This document shows, one piece after another, positions 18,813 through 26,804 of a stretch of 64,000 nucleotides of DNA; the first letter of the stretch is position 1, and every line of letters begins with the position of its first letter. Origin of the DNA: an uncultured Verrucomicrobiae bacterium (GTDB taxonomy: Bacteria; Verrucomicrobiota; Verrucomicrobiia; Limisphaerales; UBA11358); the NCBI GenBank assembly GCA_963804345.1, contig CAWDPX010000017.1:30673-94672 (forward strand). The letters are read 5' to 3'. The notes beneath the pieces are model-generated. The model was not told where the DNA came from. It searched no databases and saw only the letters and a list, made by a program, of their open reading frames with translations. Made by a program: the position numbers and the translations under genes.

Positions 18813-19679
18813 CTATTTTAACTTCGGGAAAAATTCCGCCGCCGTTTTGCACGTCGCCGCGCTCAACTCTTCGAGCGAACAAGCCTTCACTTGGGCGATG
18901 GTTTCGGAGATTTCCTTCACATAAGCCGGTTCGCAGCGCTTGCCGCGATACGGCACGGGCGCGAGATACGGACAGTCGGTTTCCAGCATGAATTTGTCCA
19001 GTGGCGTGGCGGCGACGATGTCGCGGACGTTTTGTCCGTTCTTGAACGTGACGATGCCGGTAAAACTGACGAGCGAGCCGATATCCAGGACGCGGCGCAT
19101 CCGGTCGGCGCTCTCGCCGAAGCAATGGAACACACCGCGCACGTTGCCGGCAAACGGCTTGAGCAGGGCGAAAGTGTCGTCAAAGGAGTCACGCTGGTGG
19201 ATCACGCAGTTCAGACCGGTTTCGCTGGCGACTTCCAACTGTTGCTGGAAAATTTCAGCCTGCTTCTGTTTGTAACGCGCGTCATCGGCAGCGGTGTCTG
19301 GAGCGCCGGTCTCCGACCCGGCGCGTTTCGCGGAGTCGCCTTTTCTCGCCGGTTCGGAGACCGATCCGCCGGGCAGGCGGTGATAATCCAGGCCGATTTC
19401 ACCGATGGCGACGACTTTTGGATGCTTCACCAGTTTGCGCAGCGGTTCGCGAATATCGTCCGGGGCTTCATGGGCGTTTGACGGATGCCAGCCGACGGCG
19501 GCAAAAACGCACTCGAAACGTTCGGCCAGCTTGATGGCGTGCATGCTGCTTTCGAGATCGGTGCCGATGGAAATGATTCGGGTGATGCCGGCGGCCTGGG
19601 CGCGGGTAATGACTTCTGTCATATCCTTGGCGTAGTCCGGGTAATCCAGATGCGCGTGGGTGTCGTAAAAACTGGCCAT
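18813..19679 (-). CDS. tatD: TatD family DNase with an internal in-frame insertion
   Basis: Motifs DTHAHLD, AVGWHP, AIGEIGLDY, IHQR, VFHCF and LETDCPYLAP. Confidence 0.93.
   Translation of the reverse strand: MASFYDTHAHLDYPDYAKDMTEVITRAQAAGITRIISIGTDLESSMHAIKLAERFECVFAAVGWHPSNAHEAPDDIREPLRKLVKHPKVVAIGEIGLDYHRLPGGSVSEPARKGDSAKRAGSETGAPDTAADDARYKQKQAEIFQQQLEVASETGLNCVIHQRDSFDDTFALLKPFAGNVRGVFHCFGESADRMRRVLDIGSLVSFTGIVTFKNGQNVRDIVAATPLDKFMLETDCPYLAPVPYRGKRCEPAYVKEISETIAQVKACSLEELSAATCKTAAEFFPKLK
19300..19368. repeat. Palindromic element in frame in tatD
   Basis: GGAGCGCCGGTCTCCGACCCGGC ... GCCGGTTCGGAGACCG, translated as GSVSEPARKGDSAKRAGSETGAP. Confidence 0.85.
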
Positions 19680-19709
19680 AATATTCAGGGGGCAGGGAAT
19701 CCTTTTAGA

Positions 19710-19801
19710 AACATCGAACATCCAACATCGAACGCTGAACATCGAATAACACGCCGCTGATCTTCATTCGGAGTTCGATGTTGAATGTTGGATGTTCGAG
19801 G
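19710..19801. repeat. Inverted heptamer tandem-repeat element
   Basis: (AACATCG/AACATCC)n facing (CGATGTT/GGATGTT)n. Confidence 0.85.
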
Positions 19802-19819
19802 TTCTGTCACGGGGAAAGG

Positions 19820-21448
19820 CTATGGCTTGGCCGGAGCATTGGTGCCGGTGAGTTTTTGTTCGAGCGCGGCCAGTCTGGCCTCGACGGATGCCTTGCCGGG
19901 GTAATCGGGTGATTCCTGGAGAAGCTGTTTGTATTTTTCCAGGGCGTCGGCTTCGCGGTTCTGCGCCAGAAGTTTTTCGCCCAGCGTTAGCCGGATGCGA
20001 ATGCGCTGTTCCGGCGACGGGTTGCGGGTCAGGGCGAGTTGATACGTTTCAATGGCTGAAGACGGTTTGCCCTGCATTTCGTAAAGGTCGGCGAGTTTTT
20101 CGGTGAGCACGGCGCTACTGGTGGTTGCGGGAATGGTTTCGAGGAATGCGGCGAGCTGGGCCGCGGGCGTGCCGTGAACCAGACCCAAATCCACGATGCG
20201 CAGATAAGACCATTCGATCAGCGGGTTGTGGGTGCGCGCGAATTCCGCGTGCAGCGCCGACGGTTCCCGGCCAAAGGGCCGGTAAAGCGGGTCGCCGACG
20301 ACGGTGGTTTGCCAGGATAAAACGGGTTGCGCGGCCCAGGCGGCCTCGCCAAACGTGAATCCGCCGGCAATCAGCCGCGCGAGAAAGGCGTAAACATTGG
20401 GTGTGCAGGAGAGATACGGCTCGTTGACGCAGCCCATGGTGCAGGTCGCTCCTTTGGCAAGCAGCGGCCCGGCCCAAAACTGGTTCGTGCTCCGCAACGT
20501 GGACGCGCTGTAGGAATGCAGATGATACGCGAACGCGCCGGGCATGAATTCAACTTTGGGCAGCGTAAACGGGCCGCTGACGTATTCATCATACCAGCCG
20601 CAATAAATGGCGATCTGGCTCATCGGAAAATCGGCGGGAAACGTGGCGGGATTTTTGTCCACGGTTGTTTCAAAACCCAGTTGGCGGCAGATTTCTGCCG
20701 CTCCCAGGATCCATTCGTCGCCCAAAATATAATTGGTGTCGGTTTGGGGCAGTCCGCGCGCGTCGAAGTAGGCGCGGCCCCACAAGCCGTCGCGTTCGGC
20801 GGCGAGCGCCTTGTCCACCAGACCGCGCGCAATCTCCACACTGGGGCCGTCGAGCCGGGCCACCAGCAAAATGCCGTTGGTGGGATGGAGCAGCGCCGGG
20901 TTGGTGACGCCATAAACCCAGTTGGGCAGCGGTCCGGAAAGCGGGACGTTCATTTTCACCAGCGGCAGCCAGGCCAGCTCGGAATCCACCGCCGCTTCAT
21001 TGCGCAACATTTCCGGACGGGCGTTTTCCCGGCCCGGTTCGTGCAAATTCGGGTCGGCGGCAATCTTCAGCGGAACGCCCCAGCACAGGACAGCGTAGCG
21101 GATTTTGGATTCAACGACCGGGTGGTCCACGCGTGGGGGCTGGCCGTTGGTCGCGGCGTTGGTCACGGAACCAAACCGCCAGAGCTTGTCCACCAAGAGC
21201 CGGCTGGCCAGCGGATATTGCAGCCCGTCGCGAAACTCGGCGCGCGTCATCTCCTCGGTGATGGGCAGATCAAACCCGTAAATTTGCGTCTCCGGCACCT
21301 GCCGCATTCGGGCGTAATGCTCCGCCACCACTTTCGACCCGGCCAGGCGGGTGTTGTAAATCACGACCACCTCGTCGCCGCCGGCATGGACCAGCCACGG
21401 CGCGAACGCAAGGAGAAGAACTGTAAATTTAATCCCCAATATTTTCAT
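19820..21448 (-). CDS. TIGR03790-like exported protein with a C-terminal TPR
   Basis: Signal peptide and motifs VVVIYN, GVPLKI, AAVDSEL, LVARLDG, FMPGAFAYHLHS, GCVNEPYL and VVGDPLYRPF. Confidence 0.85.
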   Translation of the reverse strand: MKILGIKFTVLLLAFAPWLVHAGGDEVVVIYNTRLAGSKVVAEHYARMRQVPETQIYGFDLPITEEMTRAEFRDGLQYPLASRLLVDKLWRFGSVTNAATNGQPPRVDHPVVESKIRYAVLCWGVPLKIAADPNLHEPGRENARPEMLRNEAAVDSELAWLPLVKMNVPLSGPLPNWVYGVTNPALLHPTNGILLVARLDGPSVEIARGLVDKALAAERDGLWGRAYFDARGLPQTDTNYILGDEWILGAAEICRQLGFETTVDKNPATFPADFPMSQIAIYCGWYDEYVSGPFTLPKVEFMPGAFAYHLHSYSASTLRSTNQFWAGPLLAKGATCTMGCVNEPYLSCTPNVYAFLARLIAGGFTFGEAAWAAQPVLSWQTTVVGDPLYRPFGREPSALHAEFARTHNPLIEWSYLRIVDLGLVHGTPAAQLAAFLETIPATTSSAVLTEKLADLYEMQGKPSSAIETYQLALTRNPSPEQRIRIRLTLGEKLLAQNREADALEKYKQLLQESPDYPGKASVEARLAALEQKLTGTNAPAKP

Positions 21449-21497
21449 GCATCCTTCATTTGACCTTCAACGGACCGGAACGTTGGAATTTTGTGTC

Positions 21498-22283
21498 CTA
21501 GGCACCGCATGTCACCTGGAGGCCATCATACGCGAGCATCACTCCGGATGGCAATTCCGCCTGCGCCCGGTCGTGGTCGTAATCGTGCGTGAGGTGTGTG
21601 AAATAGGTCCGCGCCGCGCCGATGCGCCGCGCCGCCGCCAGCGCTTCGTCGAGGCACATGTGGGTCGGATGCGGCTGGTAACGCAGCGCGTCGAGCACGG
21701 CGACTTCGACGTCCTGGACCTTTTCCAGCGCGTCGACGGGGATTTCCTTGCAGTCGCTGAGATACGCGAGCCGTTTTTTGCCGTTTTGCATGAAGAGATA
21801 GCCATTCGTCATCGTCGAGCCGTGCGGCAGGGGCAGGGGAATGATTTCCAAATCGCCCAGGGTGAATGTTCCGGCTATGACGTGGGGTTCGGGGCGGAAA
21901 TAGCCTTTCGGAATTGTCCGCCCGTCAAACGCATAGATGAAAATACGCCGAAGCGCCGCCATCGTTTCCGCGTTCGCATAAATCGGCAACGCACCTTTGC
22001 GCAAATCGCAAAACCGGCGGCAATCGTCCAGACCCATGATGTGATCGGCATGGGAATGGGTGAAAACAACCGCATCAAGCCAGCGGATGTTTTCGCGCAG
22101 GCACTGGATGCGAAATTCCGGCGTCGTATCCACGACGAACTTGACCTGGTCCGTGGCGATGTAAATGGAAGGCCGGGTGCGATGGTTTTTGGGATTGGCC
22201 AGGAATTCCGGTGGGTATTCCTGGCCGATGAGGGGCACGCCCTGCGACGTGCCGCTGCCGAGAAAAATGAATGAAAACGACAT
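21498..22283 (-). CDS. MBL-fold metallo-hydrolase (PhnP-like)
   Basis: [11 protein letters not shown] and [10 protein letters not shown] (HxHxDH). Confidence 0.9.
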   Translation of the reverse strand: MSFSFIFLGSGTSQGVPLIGQEYPPEFLANPKNHRTRPSIYIATDQVKFVVDTTPEFRIQCLRENIRWLDAVVFTHSHADHIMGLDDCRRFCDLRKGALPIYANAETMAALRRIFIYAFDGRTIPKGYFRPEPHVIAGTFTLGDLEIIPLPLPHGSTMTNGYLFMQNGKKRLAYLSDCKEIPVDALEKVQDVEVAVLDALRYQPHPTHMCLDEALAAARRIGAARTYFTHLTHDYDHDRAQAELPSGVMLAYDGLQVTCGA

Positions 22284-22327
22284 GATTAAAATTTTCTTTC
22301 GTTGCTGGCTTCCAGCCTATTCAATTC

Positions 22328-22561
22328 AACCACGGATGCACACGGATAAACATAATGCGTTTTGCGTGGCGACTGCTGGTATGGACTGCGGCGGGAAGCG
22401 AAGCGCCACGCCGCTTTCGGAAACCATCACGCAAAAAGCGGTGCCGCCGCTGTCCACCCTCCGCAGTATTGCTACGGAGGACGGGCACTCCAGTCTTCGC
22501 TGCGCTTCGCCTCGGCAGGCTGCCACGGCAGTCCAAATTTTATCCGTGTCCATCCGTGGTT
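22328..22561. repeat. Multi-layer nested palindromic element between divergent genes
   Basis: Outer AACCACGGATGCACACGGAT / ATCCGTGTCCATCCGTGGTT, middle TGGACTGC..GCAGTCCA, inner CCTCCGCAGTATTGCTACGGAGG. Confidence 0.85.
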
Positions 22562-22589
22562 GTAAGATTTACCGGGACAAAATCTAACC

Positions 22590-24410
22590 ATGTTGACGAC
22601 GCTACGCATCAAAAACCTCGCGCTGGTGCCGGACTTGACGCTCGAACTCCAGCCCGGTTGCAATGTCATCACCGGCGAGACCGGCGCGGGCAAATCCATC
22701 ATCATCGGCGCGCTCAATCTCGTCCTGGGCGAACGCGCCGACCGTTCGCTCATCCGCACCGGGGAGGATAGTTGCTCGGTCGAGGCCGTGTTCGACGTCA
22801 CGGAATTGCACGTCAACCGACGCGGAGCGCCGGCCTCCGGCACGGCTCGACAGGGCGGCGATTTGAAACACGCCGTACCGGAGGCCGGCGCTCCCTCGCA
22901 ACTGGGAAAATATCTGGAGGAAAACGGCCTGGAGCCGTGCGAGGCGAATCAGCTCGTCCTCAAACGCACCTTCACCGCCGGTGGCACGAACCGCCAGTTC
23001 GTCAACGGCTCGGCCACCACCCTGAACGTCCTGGCGGCGATTGGCGAATGGCTCGTGGACATGCACGGCCCGCACGACCACCAGTCGCTTCTGCATCCCG
23101 CGAAGCAACTCGCCATTCTCGATGCGTTCGGCAATTTGGAAAGGGAGCGGGCGGTGTTTGGCGGATTGGTTCAACGCCGCGCCGCGCTCGAAGGCGAAAA
23201 ATCCGCGCTCGTTGTGGATGAGAAAACCTACGCGCAGCAACTGGACCTGCTGCGTTTTCAAGTGAACGAAATTTCCAGCGCCCGGCTTCAGCCCGGCGAA
23301 GATGAAGGGGTTGAGGAAAAATTCCAGCGCGCGAGCAACGCAGCGAAGCTGTTGCAATTAAGCCAGGCCGCGCTGGATGTGCTGGACGGGAACGACCCTT
23401 CATTGCTCACCCAGGCTGGCGCGGTGGGCCGCACGTTGCAGGAATTGCGGCGCGTGGACGCGGGCGCGGACACGCTGGTTGAATTGCACGGGCAGGCGGC
23501 ATCGGCGCTGCGCGAATTGCAGTCCGGGCTTTCGCGTTACGCGGAAAAAGTGGACGTTGACCCCGCGCAACTTCAACGGCTCGAGGAACGGCTTGATCGC
23601 CTCCACTCCCTCAAGCGCAAATACGGCGCGACACTCGCCGAGGTTATCGCGTTCGGCGACGATGCAAAACGCCGGCTCGCGAGCCTCGAACAGCGCGATG
23701 GCGAACTGGCCCGGCTCAATGGTGAATTGCAAAAATTGGATGCGGAACTGTTGCGTGCGGGCAAAGAACTTTCCGCCAAACGGCGCAAAATTATTCCGCA
23801 GCTCGCGAAGGCCGTGGGCAAACAACTCGATGATTTGGGATTCAAGCAAAGCAAATTTGACGTGGCCATCAACTCCGTAGCAGCGGACGTTAGTCCGCTC
23901 CATCTTGTCGAAAGCAATGTTAGAGCCGACTCACGTCGGCTGCTACAGTTCAGCGGTTCGTCACTTTCTTCCACCGGCTTCGATCAGATTGAATTTCAAT
24001 TTGCTCCCAATCCGGGCGAACCCGCCAAGCCGCTCCGCGCCATCGCGTCGTCCGGTGAAATGGCGCGCGTGATGCTGGCGCTCAAAACCGTGCTGGCGGT
24101 GGAAGACGAAATCCCGGTGCTGATTTTTGATGAAGTGGACGCGAACATTGGCGGCGAGACGGCTAATGTGGTCGGTGAAAAGATGAAGCAAATTGCCGTC
24201 CGGCGGCAGGTGTTGTGCATCACGCATCTGCCGCAGGTGGCCGCGGCCGCCGACGCGCATTACGTCGTGACCAAGCAGGTTGAGAATGGCCGGACGATTT
24301 CGGAAATCAGGTTGCTCGACAAAAAATCCCGCGTGACGGAACTGGCCCGAATGCTCGGCGGCCAGAGTGACGCCGCCCGGAAACACGCGGAGGCGTTGCT
24401 AAACGGATAA
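22590..24410 (+). CDS. recN: DNA repair protein RecN with two in-frame insertions
   Basis: Walker A ITGETGAGKS, signature IASSGEMARVMLA, Walker B LIFDEVD, and CITHLPQVAA. Confidence 0.95.
   Translation: MLTTLRIKNLALVPDLTLELQPGCNVITGETGAGKSIIIGALNLVLGERADRSLIRTGEDSCSVEAVFDVTELHVNRRGAPASGTARQGGDLKHAVPEAGAPSQLGKYLEENGLEPCEANQLVLKRTFTAGGTNRQFVNGSATTLNVLAAIGEWLVDMHGPHDHQSLLHPAKQLAILDAFGNLERERAVFGGLVQRRAALEGEKSALVVDEKTYAQQLDLLRFQVNEISSARLQPGEDEGVEEKFQRASNAAKLLQLSQAALDVLDGNDPSLLTQAGAVGRTLQELRRVDAGADTLVELHGQAASALRELQSGLSRYAEKVDVDPAQLQRLEERLDRLHSLKRKYGATLAEVIAFGDDAKRRLASLEQRDGELARLNGELQKLDAELLRAGKELSAKRRKIIPQLAKAVGKQLDDLGFKQSKFDVAINSVAADVSPLHLVESNVRADSRRLLQFSGSSLSSTGFDQIEFQFAPNPGEPAKPLRAIASSGEMARVMLALKTVLAVEDEIPVLIFDEVDANIGGETANVVGEKMKQIAVRRQVLCITHLPQVAAAADAHYVVTKQVENGRTISEIRLLDKKSRVTELARMLGGQSDAARKHAEALLNG
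22824..22894. repeat. Palindromic element in frame in recN (same family as the tatD insert)
   Basis: GGAGCGCCGGCCTCCGGCACGGC ... GCCGTACCGGAGGCCGGCGCTCC, translated as GAPASGTARQGGDLKHAVPEAGAP. Confidence 0.9.
23877..23946. repeat. GTAG-type REP-like doublet in frame in recN
   Basis: GTAGCAGCGGACGTTAGTCCGCTC ... GAGCCGACTCACGTCGGCTGCTAC, translated as VAADVSPLHLVESNVRADSRRLL. Confidence 0.9.
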
Positions 24411-24640
24411 TGCTTGGTAAACATTGAAACGCATCCAATTTCTCACGTCGCCGCCGTTTTTTACAGAAAACAAGCTGTCCTGCCGGTTTTCAGAAGTTAA
24501 AAACAGTAAAAATCCACGAAAATATGGATAATTGGATATGTGGCCCTTGTCACCAGAACTGGTGACTGGCAGGGGACCGGGCATGAGGTATGATTCCATT
24601 GTTGTTGCCGTTGTAATTTAGTTCTCAATTCTGTTTTAAG

Positions 24641-24674
24641 AGGCCGGACCTGTTGTCCGGCCTTTCTTTTTTTT
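24641..24674 (+). terminator. Rho-independent terminator
   Basis: AGGCCGGAC-CTGTT-GTCCGGCCT followed by a long T tract. Confidence 0.8.
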
Positions 24675-24958
24675 CAGCCGGCTCAATCTCCTGATTGGCA
24701 ATCACCCTGAGCCGGGAATCATATCATTTCCCAACCGGCAGGACCGCATGGGTGCGCGGTCATCATACCCGGCGACGCAGCCCTTGCACCTGTGCATCCT
24801 GTCGCCGCAACCGCGTGGCGCCTTGTCCATCGGCTTGTCGCGCAAAAGCGCAGCGCCGGCGGAAGTCCTGCATTCCGGGACAAAGTTGGAAGTTTTACGC
24901 GGCCGTGCGCATTCTCGCGATTGACCACTTGCCACCGCTCGGCTACGATGACTTGCCT

Positions 24959-25033
24959 GGCGTGTTCGTCTATCGGTTAGGACGCTGGATTCTCAATCCG
25001 GAAAGACGGGTTCGATTCCCGTACGCGCTACCA
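24959..25033 (+). tRNA. tRNA-Glu(CTC)
   Basis: 75 nt with acceptor stem GGCGTGT/ACGCGCT, anticodon loop TTCTCAA, T-arm GGTTCGATTCC and encoded CCA. Confidence 0.95.
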
Positions 25034-25081
25034 GTGTTTGGTTGAAGATGTAAAACCCAGCGGGGGCCAAGCCTCTTGACG

Positions 25082-25360
25082 GGGTTGAGGGCTGAGAGTT
25101 GGGAGATTCGGAAAGTTGAGTGTTGGGGCGCATTCAGGGGCACCGCCCCCGAATGCAACCGAATGGGAGCGCGGCTTGTCCCCAGCCGCAGCACTGGCAA
25201 ATGCAAGAGCCGGTTGGAAAGTTTTTTTATGAACCGGTCTCCGCGAATGGAGCTGCTGCGAGTTGGGACAACTCGCGCTCCGGCGAGCGTACCGATACGG
25301 TGTTCCTTTGCACCCGCGGCAACGCCGGCTTGACTTTCGGTCCGCAGCTTTCGACCCTCA
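25082..25360. repeat. Nested REP-like composite downstream of tRNA-Glu
   Basis: GGAGCGCGGCTTGTCCCCAGCCGCAGCA / TGCTGCGAGTTGGGACAACTCGCGCTCC (same family as 18493-18599), with degenerate flanking arms. Confidence 0.75.
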
Positions 25361-25374
25361 TCGCTCGAACAACT

Positions 25375-25743
25375 ATGAACACTTTCCAAATCATTTTTAC
25401 TCCAACCAGCGCCGCCGAGGTGGCGCGCATGCCCAAGGAACTGCAATTGCAAATCCTCGGCGAATTTCGCGGACTCCCCCAGCAGGCGCTCGGCACTGAA
25501 TTGGACGCCTTCGGCAAATTGGAGCTGGACGGGCGGACGTTGCACCGTTTTCGCGTGGGTGATTATCGCGTCTATTTTGAACGGCATGAATTGGGCGTGC
25601 TCGTCCACCGGATTCTCAGCCGCCACACGCTCAAGGATTTTCTGTTCCGTTCCGGCTTGAAGACCGGCGAGGACGAAGCGCTTCAGGAAAATCCCAAGTT
25701 TTGGGAATTGATCGAATCCGCCAAAACATCAGCCAAAACCTGA
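25375..25743 (+). CDS. RelE/ParE-fold protein
   Basis: FQIIFT..A..E at the N terminus and HRFRVGDYRVYF, plus a C-terminal extension. Confidence 0.7.
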   Translation: MNTFQIIFTPTSAAEVARMPKELQLQILGEFRGLPQQALGTELDAFGKLELDGRTLHRFRVGDYRVYFERHELGVLVHRILSRHTLKDFLFRSGLKTGEDEALQENPKFWELIESAKTSAKT

Positions 25744-25927
25744 ACGGTTTCAAAGCTTGTCAGGTTGGCAGAGGAAGTGCCTCCATCGATGGCGGCAGCG
25801 GCGGCAATTTCTTTTCAGCAATGCAAATGAGTCCGCCAATCCGTGAGGCCGCCCGGGTTCGCCGAAGAAATCTTTTGCCTGGTCTTCTCCGTGTGCATCC
25901 ACGGTAATTGAATGGATACGGCTTCAG

Positions 25928-26548
25928 CTATTCCACATCCTCGCCCAGCTCGACGTTCCAATAGGCCAGGTCAATGAAATGCTTCCAACTGTCGTGCCGG
26001 TGCAGGTTGAAATTGATCTGCACAAACGGACGCCATTTCGGGCGTTTGGGCTTGCGAACGAGGTGCATGCCGGCTTCCTGCGGCCGGCGGTTGGCTTTCT
26101 GCGTATTGCATTCGATGCAGGAACAAACAATATTTTCCCAGGTCGTCGGCCCGCCGCGATCGCGCGGAATGACGTGGTCCAGATTCAAATCCTTCCGGTC
26201 AAACACGCGCCCGCAATACTGGCAGGTGTTCTTGTCGCGCTCAAAAATGTTGTGGCGCGTGAACTTCACCTCCTTCTTGGGCATCCGCTCGTAAACGAAC
26301 AGCAGAATGATTCGCGGCACGCGAATGCGGAAGGAAATGGTGCGGACGGATTCCTCCTGCGGCGCGTTTGCGGAAATGTTGCGCCATTCCTGAAAATTGA
26401 AGGTGTGGAACGAGCCGTCCTCGGCGTTGACCACGACCTGGGCCTGGCCTTGAAACAACAGCGTGAGCGCGCGGCGGGCGGTGCAGACATTGACCGCCTG
26501 CCACAACCGGTTCAATACAAGCACATGCTGGTTTAGCGCGGTGTTCAT
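25928..26548 (-). CDS. HNH endonuclease (McrA-like)
   Basis: VLVLN, FTRHNIFERD..CQYCG, LDHVIPR..GG..WENIVCSC..CN..K. Confidence 0.9.
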   Translation of the reverse strand: MNTALNQHVLVLNRLWQAVNVCTARRALTLLFQGQAQVVVNAEDGSFHTFNFQEWRNISANAPQEESVRTISFRIRVPRIILLFVYERMPKKEVKFTRHNIFERDKNTCQYCGRVFDRKDLNLDHVIPRDRGGPTTWENIVCSCIECNTQKANRRPQEAGMHLVRKPKRPKWRPFVQINFNLHRHDSWKHFIDLAYWNVELGEDVE

Positions 26549-26804
26549 GGCGCTGATGGGGAAAATTAACAAAACCGCCGGGGCAGGTCAATGGCATCCA
26601 TGTGACCTGGCCCATTCCCAATTAAATGATTACGATTGAGGCCGGATTTTCCATCTCGCCGCGCGACCGGTTTGGTGGAGCGAGTCAGCGCCAGGGTGGG
26701 ATTTCCCCGAACAAATTCGCGCCTTGAACCCCGGAACCGGCGCTGCCGGGAAGTTCGTGGTGAAGAGAAACGGCTTTGGTTAATTCTGCGATGTTCAACG
26801 GAAC

